In this document: piece by piece, positions 24,637 to 37,010 of the stretch
Position numbering within the stretch: position 1 is the first letter of the stretch
How the letters are laid out: each line of letters begins with the position of its first letter
Assembly (NCBI RefSeq): GCF_963921235.1
Contig: NC_086097.1
Span: 113,524,001-113,588,000, forward strand
DNA: 64,000 bases
Direction of reading: 5' to 3'
From: Mobula hypostoma
Lineage: Eukaryota
Made by a program: the position numbers and the translations under genes
Notes under the pieces: generated by a model
The model's database searches: none
What the model saw: only the letters and a program-made list of their open reading frames with translations
What the model was told of the DNA's origin: nothing

Positions 24637-26914
24637 CTTGAAATTTAAAAAAAACATAAACTTCTCTTAAAAATTAGTTTAAAATTCAAATTATGCCAAA
24701 CATATCAAACATCAGCATGATATTTAAGCACTTCCACCTTTTCAAAGTTCAATGTAAATTTTATTATCAGAGTACACACATGCCACCACATACAACCCTG
24801 AAATTTTTTTTCCTGCTCAGCAAATCTATAGAATAGAAACTATCAACAGGGTCAATGAAGGAGCAAGTAGAGCATTGAAGACAATGAACTGTGTAAATGC
24901 AAAATAAATTAATAGCAATAAAAAAAACAAGGACATGAAATACTAAGATAGAAAGTTCTCAAAGTGAGATCATTGTAGTGGGCACATCTCAATAGATGAG
25001 TGTAGTTACCTTTGTATTTATTACATTATATTCAAAATTCCTGTTGAGAAAAATTCAAGTTGCTACCCAAATTCTACATCTAGTTTCTACACTTAGCTCA
25101 TGCCCAAAAGCATAAATTTTATCTTTGTAATTCAACTGATTCTTCTTTGATGTCTCCCCAGTCAGAAATGCTGATAACAGAACAAAAAGGGATGAAGCCA
25201 CCCTTCGTGAAACAAAACACTTATTAGTCACTACCACACCAAATCCTAAAAAAAGGGTTTCAAATCTATAATGCAAGCATAAGGTAAGTTCTATCCCATC
25301 ACAATATTGCCTCATTAAACATGGATAGAACATGTGTTTTTGGCTTAAAAATTAATTTGCACCCAAAAAGGTGTGTCAAGTGAACATAGCATTGAGCTCC
25401 CCCTCACTCTTCTATGCAAATGTCAGTCCAAAAGCTTCAATCTGCCACCTATTACACCGTCCGAAAAGCTTTGCACAAAGAGTGATGTCATTCCATTCTC
25501 CTCAATATAGAAATCGCCTTGTTGTTCAAAGACATGACTCACAATCAAAACTAGCTAGATGAATTTCTAGGGCAATGCATGATAATATGGAAATAGCCAC
25601 AACTGTTCCCACCAGCAGGGGAAGAAAATTGATTTTTAACCCCTCAATACTGAAAAATGCAGCACTATGCAATCACATTTCTAGGCTTTTATGTTTTAGA
25701 AAATGTTCGTTGATGGCAAAAATTGAAGGAAAACTTTGACGTATAAAGAGAGAGACTGATTAAGCTTTTGATTGGTAAGGGAACTAAGGATTATGGGGAG
25801 AAGGCAAAAGAATGGGGTTGGAAAAATGATTTGTATTTTGTTTTATTTAGTGATACAGCATGGTAACAGGCCCCTCCAACCCAATGAGGCTGTGCTGCCC
25901 AGTTACATCCTATGTAATTGATTAATGTTCTAACCTGTACATCTTTGGAATGTGCAAGGAAAGTGGAACACCCACTGGACATGGGGAGATTGTACACTCT
26001 CCTCACAGACAGCAGGGCTATTGAACCTGGCGCCATAGTGGCATTATTCTAACTTCTGCCCTATTGTGCCATACACTATCAGCCATGTTTCAATGGCAGA
26101 GCAGACTCAGAATGCCAACTGGCCTAACTCTGTTCCTACATCTTATGGATTTATGGAAAACCTGAGGCATGGAAGGAAGTTCTGGAGTGCTGGATCATGA
26201 CTTCAAGGTTCACTGGGAAAAGAAAAACTCATTGGAGGTCGAGATAAAAGGGGCTCTGGACATGAAAGTATCACCGAAATACCATGCTCTAAATCAATGA
26301 CAGTTATTGACTCCCAAACCTAGTTTATTGTTATCCTTCAGATAAGCAGTAGTGGAGATTGTCAAAGAGCACAGGGTGAGAGACAAGAGGAGCTGGGCCA
26401 TGAGAGAGAGAGTTTGGACCAGCCAGTCTGAAGGTGACTGAGAAGGTTTAGTACATTTAGAATAGTTTCTCCAGCAGCAGGGGTGACTATCTCAGCAGGC
26501 ATTTTGGGAATGAACTGTTACAAGATTTGATGCCCAGCTGAGAGTCAAGCAGAACACTAAGCACTACAAAAATAAAATCCAACATATAAATTTAAAAAGA
26601 AAATGTACCTCCAGGCCAAAAAGCAAAAGAGAAACATTTCAGCAACACCCTTCCTTCAAGATTTCTTTTGTTATTCATTTCTTCCGTCAACATTTCGTAA
26701 ATTTAATGTTTTGCTTTTGCTCAAACTTGCTTCTAGATATCAGTCCTCAACCCTACAATGAGAGATATCCGTCTTTCCACTCTCCTCCCACAGTGAGAGA
26801 GATACCCATAATTTCCACCATCACACCCCGCACCACCCCCACCCTCCCTGCCAACGTGAGAGAGATATCCATCACCCACTAACGTGGGTCAGGTACTAAT
26901 GCAATTCTTCATAC

Positions 26915-27111
26915 CGATCACATTGCAGTTCCTCCGGCCACGAGATCCCAAATGTCTCCATCAGTTTTTCACAGTCCTTAAGAACTTTCTCACAAAGCTC
27001 TCGACAAGGTGGGGCAATCTGGCGTTCTTCTGTGCAGGCTGGCACAAAGGCACTGCACAGAAATGTTCTTACATCCGGTGAACAAACCAGGTTTATAAGA
27101 GGCAGGAAGGG
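26915..27111 (-). CDS. FZD6: Frizzled-6 coding exon, C-terminal part of the cysteine-rich domain (197 bp)
   Basis: Manual minus-strand translation: [65 protein letters not shown](R), a Frizzled CRD cysteine pattern. Acceptor ttctgcag|CCC, donor GATCG|gtatga (phase 2). Not in the ORF track. Confidence 0.95.
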
Positions 27112-27296
27112 CTGCAGAACGAGAGGGGAGAATGCAAAATTAATGTATTAAAGATCACGCAATTCCCATTGGACAGCATCACAACCTTTACATTGACATG
27201 CCATGTTTTCTCAAACCAGAATTAGGAGGTATGGCAACACACACAAAATGACGGAGGAACTCAACAGGTCCGGCAGCATCAATGGAGAGGAGAAAA

Positions 27297-27329
27297 GAGT
27301 CAACGTTTCGGGGTGAGACCCTTCATCAG
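27297..27329 (-). ncRNA. Minimal hammerhead ribozyme core in a PLE terminal repeat
   Basis: Minus strand reads CTGATGA-AGGGTCTCACCCC-GAAA-CG-TT-GACTC. The core is intact, but the 5' arm of stem I is replaced by an adjacent element. Confidence 0.55.
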
Positions 27330-29993
27330 AATCATGTTTAATATCACTGGCATATGTCGCGAAATTTGTCGTCTTTGTGGCAGCAGCACAATGCAATACG
27401 TAAAAGAAAAAATGTGAATTACAGCAAGTATAAATATATATTAAATAGTTAAATTAAATTAGTAGTTCAAAAATAAAGTGGTGAGGTGGTGTTCACAGGT
27501 TCAATGTCCATTCAGAAATTGTATGGCACAGGGGAAGTAGCTGTTCCTGAATTGTTGAGTGTGTGCCTTCGGGCTTCTGAACCTCCTCCCCGAAGGTAAC
27601 AATGGGAACAAGGCATGACCTGCTTGATGGGGGTCCTTAATGACGGATGCCGCCTTTTTGAGGCATCCTTATGTTGAGCTCAGAAAGGATCCTCAGAGAT
27701 ATTGACACCCAGGAACTTGAAATTGCTCACTCTTTCCACTTCTGATCCCTCCTACAAGGACTGGTGATTATTCCCTTGTCTTACCCTTTCTGATCATGAC
27801 ATCTCATTTTGCTTTGGGTTTGTTAAAAGAGAACTGCTGCTCAGCCATGTTATCTACCTGTGACACAGATAGGCAGGATGGTATGCTTGCTTTCATCGGT
27901 CAGGGCATTGACAACAAGCTGAAATGTCATGTTACAACAGTGCAAGATGTTGGGGAGGTACGTCCCAAGTGTTGCATGCAGTATGGTCACATAGCTATAG
28001 GAGACTTGTCATCATGCAGGAGTGGGTACAGAAAAGATTCACATGGGTATTGACTGGACTGGAGGACTTATAAGGAGAGACTGGATAGGCTGGGTCTTTT
28101 TTTTTCTCCAGTAGTTAATGGAGATGGAAGAGTGGCTCAAGGAATTGCACCGGGAATAATCTCTTTGGAACGTCAGTGGTGCGTGAAAAGAGCTACCTTT
28201 CAAACAGGATGGTGACTGAGAGTTAAAAGGCCGAGCTTCACGGCAGTTTCTTTGAGCTGAAGAGCAGCCAATCAGCAAAAAGAGATTCACTAAAAAGAGC
28301 CAATAAAAATAGCTCACGTGCAACTAGAGCAGCCATTCTTGTGAGTAGGTCAGTGTTTAAAGTGGCTGAGGTGAGATCAGGCTTGGGTGAGGGTAAAGTA
28401 TTTGATATGTTCTTCTCTTTCTGTTCTTATTTGTTCATTGCTCATCTTTTAGGGCAGAGCAGTGTAGTGGAAGTGGCTCCAGGGGCTGTGTTTTGTACTG
28501 TGTTTGGGATGTGGGAAGTCTGGGAGACCTCCAGTCTCCTGGATAAACACATCTGCACCAGCTCAGTGACCATTGACTCATACGGGAGAATGAGGAGGGG
28601 AAAGACAGAAGCTACAAGGAGTTAGTCACCCCAGGCTGCAGGAGACAGGTAACTGGGTGACGGTCAGGAGGAGGAGGAGAAATGCACAGCCAGTGCCGAG
28701 TATTCCTATGGCTGTTCCCCTCAATAATACGTATACAACTTTAGATACTATTGAGGGGGATGGCCTACTGGGGCAAGCCACAGAGACCGGGTCTCTGGCA
28801 CTGAGTCTGGTGCTGTGGCTCGGAAGAACAGAAAGGTGAAGGGGACTGCAGTGTGAATAGAGATTCCATAGTCAGAGGTACAGAAATGAGATTCTGTGAG
28901 TGCAATAGAGATACCCATATGGTATGTTGCCCCTTAGGTGCCAGGATCAGGGATGTCTCTGATCATGTCTATGGCATTCTCAGGGCGAGGGTGAGCCGCC
29001 AGAAGTTTTGGTACATATTGGCACCAATGACATAGGGTAGACAAGGTAAGGAGGTCCGGAAGAGATATTTTAGGGAGTTAGGTAGATAGCTGAAAAACAG
29101 GACCTTCAGTGTAGTAATCTCTGGATTGCTGTCTGTGCCATGTGCCGATGAGGGTAAAAATAAGATAATTTTGCAGGTGTGGCTGAGGAACTGGTGCAGG
29201 GGGCAGGGGCACAGGGATCTCTTCTGGGGAAGTTACGAACTGTACAAAAGGAATGGATTACACTTGAACCCGAGGGGGTCCAATATCCTTGTGGGCAAGT
29301 CGGCTCGAGTTGTTTGGGACAGTTTAAACTAATTTGGCAGGGGGATGGGAAGCGGAGTGATAGTGCTGAGGATGAGGTAGCTGGTTTACAAACAGGCAAT
29401 GTGTAGTGAGACTTCTAGCAAGGAGAGGTTGATGATAGGGCAAAATTGCAGTCAACAGGATGAGTTGCAATGTAAAAGGTGGACAAAATCGAAAAGGAAG
29501 AATACAGGACTAAAGGTATTATATTTGAATGCATGCAGTATTCAAAATAAGGAAGATGAACTCGTAGCACAGTTACAGATTGGCATGTATGATGAGGCAT
29601 CACTGAATCAGTGCTGAAAGAAGATCATTGCTGAGAGCTAATGTCCAAGGATACACATTGTATCAAAAAGACAGGCAGGAAGGCAGTGGTGGCGCTGCTT
29701 TGTGGGTAAAAAAAAAGAAGTCAGATCATTAGATAGAAGTGTCATAGGGTTGGAAGGTGTTGAATCATTGATGGTAGAGCTAAGGAACTCCAAGGGTAAA
29801 ACGACCCTGATGGGAGTTGTATACAGAACCCCCAAGCAGTAGTAAGGATGTTAGCTACAAATTACAATGGGAGACAGAAAATACATGGCAAAAGGGCAAT
29901 GTTACAATTTTCATGGGGCATTTCAATACGCAGGTAGATTGGGAAAATCAGGTTGGTGCTGGATCCCAAGAGGGAGAATTTCTGGAATGCCTA

Positions 29994-30955
29994 TGTAACG
30001 TTCCGTTATATTGGCTCGTATATGTCTAGGGGAAATCCCGCCCAACACCTGCTTCAACACTCCCCTCAGGGTCAGTCGCAGCCCAAATCAATCCCAAACA
30101 TCAATCATCAGCCAGCACACCCAGTAAATTTTAACAAGTACACTTTATAGATATTACTAATTCTATGACATTAATATGAATTTGATAGAGAGAGGAAAGT
30201 AATGAAAAAAAAAGGCGCCAACACTTATCAAAGTCCAAGATCTTCGCGCGCTACCGTTGGAGCTCAATTGAATCTGGATGACCACCCGAATCCTGTCAAC
30301 TCACGGCTCGGGACCACCCGGAGTGATCAAACGGAGCCTTTCCGCACGTCCGCCGTCCTCCCCGTCTCTCCTCCGACTCCCCATCTCTCCTCCGACTCCT
30401 CGCCAAAACCCCGTCCGCCGTCCTCGTCTCTCCTCCGACTCCCCGCCAAAAACCCCCGCACGTCCACCGTCCTCCTCGTCTCTCCTCCGACTCCGCACCA
30501 AAACCCGTCCACCGTCCTCCCTGTCTCTCCTCCGACCCCCCATCTCTCCCCCGACTCCTCGTCTCTCCTCCGACTCCCCGCCAAAACCCCGTCCACCGTC
30601 CTCCCCGTCTCTCCTCCGACTCCCCGCCAAAAACCCCGTCCACCGTCCTCCTCGTCTCTCCTTCGACTCCCCGTCTCTCCGCCGACTCCCCCCCAAAACC
30701 CGTCCACCGTCCTCCTCGTCTCTCCTCCGACTCCCCGCCAAAACTCAATCCACAGTCATATCATACAGCATGGTATCCGAAAACAAAACGATACATAACC
30801 ACCCATTGGCTAATAGAATGCTGCTATCTCACTCTAAAGTAAAACAAGCTGCTAGCGCAAACTCTCTTCAGCGTTTAACACAACAAAGCCGCATTCCCCA
30901 GATTAACATAACAACGATGCCATTTTAAATCTAACAAAAAGAAAGACCCCGTTCA
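29994..30955. mobile_element. Solo LTR (962 bp) containing a minisatellite
   Basis: TGTAACG...CGTTCA termini; TSD CCTA at 29990-29993 and 30956-30959. The flanks rejoin as CR1 EN sequence (gaatgccta-tgaaatggc). Confidence 0.85.
30345..30745. repeat. C-rich minisatellite
   Basis: Repeats of GTCTCTCCTCCGACTCCCC interleaved with GCCAAAACCCCGTCCACCGTCCTCC; explains the five overlapping low-complexity ORFs. Confidence 0.92.
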
Positions 30956-33750
30956 CCTATGAAATGGCTTTTTAGAGTAGCTCGTAGTTGAACCCACTAG
31001 GAGATCAGCAATTCTGGATTGAGTGTTGTGCAATGAACTGGAATTGATTAGAGAGCTTAAAGTAAAAGAACCCTTAGGGGGAAGTGATCATAATATGACC
31101 AAATTCATCCTGAAATTTGAGAAGGAGAAGTTAAAATCAGATGTATCAGTATTACAGTGGAGTAAAGAGAATTACAGAGGCTGACAGAGGAGGTGGCCAG
31201 AATTGATTGAAAAAGAACACTGACTGCGATGACAGCAAAGTAGCAATGGCTGAAATTTCTGGCAGTAATTCAGAAGGCACAGGATATATTCACCCTCAAG
31301 AGGAAGAAGTACTCTAAAGGCAAGTTGGCACAACCGTGGCTAACGATAAGTCAAAACCAACATAAAAGCCAAAGAAAGGGAATATAATAGAGCAAAAAAT
31401 AGTGTGAAGTTAGAGGATTGGGAACCTTTTAAAAAGCAACAGAAAGCAACTAAAAAGTCAATTAGAAGGTAAAGATGGAATATAAAAGTAAGCTCATCAA
31501 TTATATTAAAGAGGGTACCAGAAGATCCTTCTGATAGACAAAATGTAAAAGAGAGGTGAGAGTGGATATCGGATCATTGAAAAACAATGCTGGAGAGGTA
31601 GTAATGGGGGACAAGGAAATGGCAGATGAACTGAATAAGTATTTTGCATCAGTCTTCACTGTGGAAGACACTAGCAGTATGGTGGAAGTTCTAGGTGACG
31701 GGGTCATGAAGTGTGTGAAGTTACCATTACTAGAGAGAAGGTTCTTGGGAAACAGAATGGTCTGAAGCTAGGTAAGTCACCTGGACCAGATGGTGTACAC
31801 CCCAGGGTTCTGAAAGACATGGATGACAAGATTGTGGAGGCATTAGTAATAATCCTTCAAAAATCACTAGATCCTGGAATAGTTCTGGAAGACTGGAAAA
31901 TTGCCAATGTCACTCCACTCTTCAAGAAGAAAGAGAGCCAGAGGAAAGAAATTGGGCCAGTTAGTCTGACTTCAGTGGTTGGAAAGATGTTGGAGTTGAT
32001 TGTTAAGGATGTGAAGTCAGAGTACTTGGAGGCACATGATAAAATAGGCCGTAGTCAGCATGATTTCCTCAAGGGAAAATCTTCTCTGACAAATTTGTTG
32101 AAATTCTTTGAAGAGATAACCAGCAGGATAGACGAATGAGAATCGATTGATGTTGTGTACTTGGATTTTCAGAAGGCTCTTGACAAGGTGCCACACATGA
32201 GATGCTTAACAAGTAAAGAGCTCATGGTATTACAGGAAAGATACCAACATAGATAAAGCAGTGGCAGGAGGCAAAGAGTGGAAATAAAGGAAGCCTTTTC
32301 TGGTCGGCTGCCGGTGACTAGCGGCGTTTCACAGGGGTCTGTGTTGGGACTGATTCTTTTTACGTTGTATGTCAATGACTTGGATGACAGAATTGATGGC
32401 TTTGTAGATGAGATGAAGAAAGGTGAAGGGGCAGGTAAATTTGAGGAAGTAGAGAGGTTACAGAAAGACTTAGACAGATTAGGACGATGGGCAAAGAAGT
32501 GGCAGATTGAACACAGTGTTGGGAAGTGTATGCTCATGTACTTTGGTAGAGGAAATTAAAACATTGACTATTTTCTAAACGGAGAGAAAATACAAAAAAT
32601 TGAGGTACAAAAGGATTTGGGAGACTTTGTGCAGGATTCCCTAAAGGTTAATTTGCAGGTTAAGTCTGTGGTGAGGAAGGCAAATACAATGTTAGCATTC
32701 ATATCCTAAGGACTAGAATATGAAAGCAAGAATGTAATGTTGAGACTTTATAAAGCACTGGTGAGGGCTTACTTGTATTGTGAGCAGGTTTAGGCCCCCT
32801 ATGTTAGAAAGGACATTCTGAAACTGGAGAGGGTTCAAAGGGGGTTCACGAAAATGATTCCAAGATTGAATGGTTTGTCTTATGAAAAGCATTTGATGGC
32901 TCTGGGCCTGTATTCACTAGAATTCTAAAGAATGAGGGGTGACCTAATTGAAACTTATCATATGGTGAAAGGCCTTGACAGAGTGGATGTGGAGGGGATG
33001 TTTCCAGTGGTGGGAGAGTCCAAGACCAGAGGACATAGCCTCAGAATAGAGGGTCATCCTTTTAGAATGGAGATGAGGAGGAATTTATTTAGCCAGAGAG
33101 TGGTGAACCTGTGGAATTCATTGCCACAGGAAGCTGTGGAGGCCAAGTCTTTGTATATTTAAGGCAGAGTTTGATGGATTGTTGATTAGTCAGGGCATGA
33201 AGGGATACTGGGAGAAGGCAGGAGACTGGGGCTGAAAGGAAAAGTTGGATCAGCCATGATGAAATGGTAGAGCAGACAAGGTGGGCCAAATCCTGCTCCT
33301 ATATCTTATCGTATTATGGTCTTATGGAAAGGAAGGAGGAGGGGTGACCTTATAGAGATATTATAAAATCCTGTGGGGTGTAGATGATGCAAATGATCAC
33401 AACCTTTTTCCGCGGTAGAGGAGCTTAAAGCTAGATGGGATAGATTTATAAAGGTGAACTGATGGCATTGCTTTCACCCAGAGGCTGCCAGATGTTTGGA
33501 ACGAGCTGCCAGAGGGTGAAGTAGAGGCAGGTATAGTTACAATGCTTAAAAGACATTCAGATGGATAAATGCAGAGAAAAGGTTAGGAAGGTGTGGGCCA
33601 AACAATTCAAAGAGCTCCAGCTGAGATACAAGTCTGTAAACATTATATGAACAGGAATGAATCAGGAGTTTCACAGTCTGCTAAGGGCTAGATCTGTGGC
33701 TTTCAAGACTGGCAATCCAGAGTCCTATGGGCTCCCAAAATCAGATATAT

Positions 33751-34980
33751 CAGCGGTCCCAACCACCGGGCCGCGGACTGGTAGCGGGCCACAAAGCATG
33801 TGCTACCGGGCCGCGAGGAAGCGATATGATTTGGCGATAGGAGTCAGCTGCACCTTTCCTCATTCCCTGTCACGCCCACTGTTGAGCTTGAACGCACGCG
33901 AGGTCATTACCCACGCGTCATCCATGTCAGTGCGGGAAGGAGATCAAATCCTCAAGTTTGCAAATGACGGCGGGCTGAAAAGTATGTTTGACATAACATC
34001 TCTGCCGGCATTCTGGATCAAAGTCAAGGCTGAATATCCTGAGATAGCCATGAAAGCACTGAAAACATTGCTTCCATTTCCAACATTATTCTGTGAAGCA
34101 GAGTTTTTTGCAATGACTGCAACAAAATCTAAGTTGCGGAATAGACTGGACATAAGGAACCCCCTTCGAGTATCGCTGTCTCCCATCACCCCTCGATAGG
34201 ACCGTCTTGTTGCAGGGAAACAAGCCCAGGGCTCCCACTGATTCAGCAATATTGGTGTGTTGCAATGATTTTATATGTTCATATGGGGAAAATATGTGCT
34301 CTGTGTTTAATATCCAAACATTACTTAAAATGTTATGATGCTCTTGACTTATAAGTGACATATATAACTATATAACAATTACAGCACGGAAACAGGCCAC
34401 CTCTGCCCTTCTAGTCCATGCCGAACGCTACTCTCACCTAGTCCCACTGACCTGTACTCAGCCCATAACCCTCCATTCCTTTCCTGTCCATATACCTATC
34501 CAATTTTCCTTTAAATGATAATATCGAACCTGCCTCTACCACTTCTACAGGAAGTTTTTTCAATACTTACTTCAAGCTCCCCTGTCCTCCCCTGATAATT
34601 GTCTTATCACTATATTCATGCGAGGAAAATATGCGCTGTGTGTTTAATATTAAACTCGTCAGATAAACCCTTTTAGAACGAAATTGAGTGTATTAGCCAC
34701 TTATCACCAATATTCCAGTCGTGATTAACACCCCCCCAAACAGAATCATCAAAAGCGATTTGTAGAAAAAAAAATCGGCAGGTGCACGCATGCGCACTGG
34801 TGCCCGCGCAAGGCTTCCTGGTCATTGTAGTCTTTCTCGGGGTAAACGCAACGTATTTGACTGCTACTCTTGTCCGTTGGCAACCCTAACCCCCCCCCCC
34901 CGCCCCACCGGTCGGCCGGTCCGCAAGAATACTGTCAACAATCAACTGGTCCGCAGTGCAAAAAAGGTTGGGGACCTCTG
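33751..34980 (+). mobile_element. Non-autonomous hAT (Charlie/Buster-type) element retaining the transposase C-terminal dimerisation region
   Basis: TIRs CAGCGGTCCCAAC / GTTGGGGACCTCTG; 8 bp TSD AGATATAT. Encodes FWIKVKAEYPEIAMKALKTLLPFPT..KLRNRLD..LRVSLSPITPR*DRLVAGKQAQGSH. A LINE tail is inserted at ~34365-34555. Confidence 0.92.
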
Positions 34981-35654
34981 AGATATATGACAGCTGTGGC
35001 AGAGTTTGCATGCCATTACTTCCTACAAGGTGAAACCTAACAGCGGATATGACAATGGTACTTAACTCCCTGATGAGCTAAATGCCTTTTGTGCCTGCTT
35101 TGATGCTTTGAAAGAGAGAACAATACTACACCTATATTAATCCTCACAGCAGCCAGCAATCCTGTGATCTCCGTCTTGGAGACCAATATCAGAATATTCT
35201 TCTAGAGGGTGATCCCTCAAGGCATCTGGCCCTGATGGTTTGCCTGGCTGGGTACAGAAAACCTGTGCCAACCAACTGGCTAGAGTGTTCAAGGGCATAT
35301 TCAATCTCTCACTGCTGCAGGCTGAGGTTCCTGCTTGTTTCAAAAGGGCAGCGATCGATCCAGTGCCCAAAAAGAACAGGTTGAGCTGCCTCAATGACTT
35401 ATTGATCAATAGGACCCTTATCTACCCCAATGCCGTGCTTTGAGAGGTCGGTTATGGCTACAATTAACTCACGCCTGAGCAAGGACCTAGATGCACTGCA
35501 ATTTGCCTACCACCCAAACAGGTCGACAGTCGACACAATCTCATTGGCTTTCCACTCTACTTTGGAGCACATAGACAACAGCAGTACCTACGCCAGGCTG
35601 CTGTTTATCGATTACAGCTCGGCGTTCAATACCACCACCTCCTTGGTATTAGAT

Positions 35655-36290
35655 TAACTAGATTAGATTATGAGGACACTTAGTCCTCGTTTATTGTCAT
35701 TTAGAAATGCATGCATTAAAAAATGATACAATGTTCCTCCAGAATGATATCACAAAAAACACAGGACAAACCAAGACTAAAACTGACAAAACCACATAAT
35801 TATAACATATAGTTACAACAGTGCAAAGCAATACCATAATTTGATAAAGACCAGATCATGGGCATAGTAAAAAAGTCTCAGAGTCCTGATAGACTCATCA
35901 TCTCACGCAGGCGGCAGAAAGGAAGAACTCTCCCACTGGAAGCACCTGACCGCTGTGTACTCCGAGTCCATCCAAAAACTTCGAGCCTCCAACCAGCCCC
36001 TCCGACACAGCCTCTCCGAGCACCATCCTCTGCTGAGCACTTTGACCCCGCCACGGCTGCCAAGCAACAAGCAAAGCCGAGGACTCGGGGCCTTCTCCTT
36101 CGGAGATTCTGGATCACACAGCAGCAGCAAAGCAGGCATTTCAGAAGCTTCACCAGATGTTCCTCCGTGCTCTCACATCCGTCTCCATCAAATCAGGATT
36201 GTGCATGGCACCCTACTTGACAAGTAACAGACATCACCACTGGAGTGGCCGCTGCGACCTGCGTCGCGCCGCCATCTTCTCCTCCTGCCG
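35655..36290 (-). mobile_element. Non-autonomous retroposon-like insert
   Basis: Interrupts the Rex-like RT frame. Its minus-strand 5' end is GGAGAAGATGGCGGCG and its 3' end a (TCTAA)n tail; a similar 5' end occurs at ~19590. Confidence 0.55.
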
Positions 36291-37010
36291 AGCTTCTAAA
36301 CCCAGGCTTCTGTACCTCCCTCTGCAACTGGATCGTTGACTTCCTCATCGGGAGACCACAGTCAGTGTGCATCGGTGATAACCTCTCCCCCTCACTAACA
36401 ATCCACACAGGCGCACGTCAAGGATGCATGCTGAGCCCACGGCTTTACTTTTGCTACACTCATGATCATGCATTTCAGCACAGCTCAAAGCTCAAGAAGG
36501 CAACATCTATCACTAAGGACCCCCACAATTTGGGACATGCCCTCTTTTCATTATTACCATCAGGATGGTGGTTCAGGAACACCCACACTCAATGATTCAA
36601 ATACAGCTTCTCCCCCTCCATCATTAGATTTCTGAAGGGTTCGTGGACACTCCATTATTCCAGTTTTTAATCACTATCTATTCGTTTTACAAGTTCAAAG
36701 TAAATTTGTGAGCAAAGTACGTGTATGTCACCATCTATAACCCTGAGATTCATTTCCCTGCAGGCATTCTCAGCAAATCTATATAGTAACCATAACAGGA
36801 ACAATGAAAGGTTATCCAGAGAGGAGCCAACAATAAACCATGCAAATGCAAATATAAATAAATAGCAATAAATAATGAGAACAAGATAATGAGATCATTG
36901 ATTGTTGGGACATCTCAATGGATGGGCAAGTGAGTGTAGTTATTGCCTTTTATTCAAGGGCCTGATGGTTGAGCGGTATTGACTGTTGTTGAACTTGGTG
37001 GTGTGAGTCC

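Larger units (their letters stand above)
28330..33330 (+). mobile_element. Old near-full-length CR1 LINE (ORF1 + ORF2, many stops), interrupted by a solo LTR
   Basis: ORF1 remnants (MWEVWETSSLLDKHIC, DSIVRG), EN (LKVLYLNACSIQNK) and RT (KSPGPDGVHPRVLK, SGVSQGSVLG, FSQRVVNLWNSLP), collinear. Confidence 0.9.
33600..36660 (+). mobile_element. Rex1/Babar-like LINE RT remnant, split by the hAT element and by a non-autonomous retroposon
   Basis: [89 protein letters not shown]. Confidence 0.85.

Noticed and set aside
30202..30928. Five overlapping ORFs of 126-216 aa
   Set aside because: Translation of a minisatellite inside an LTR.
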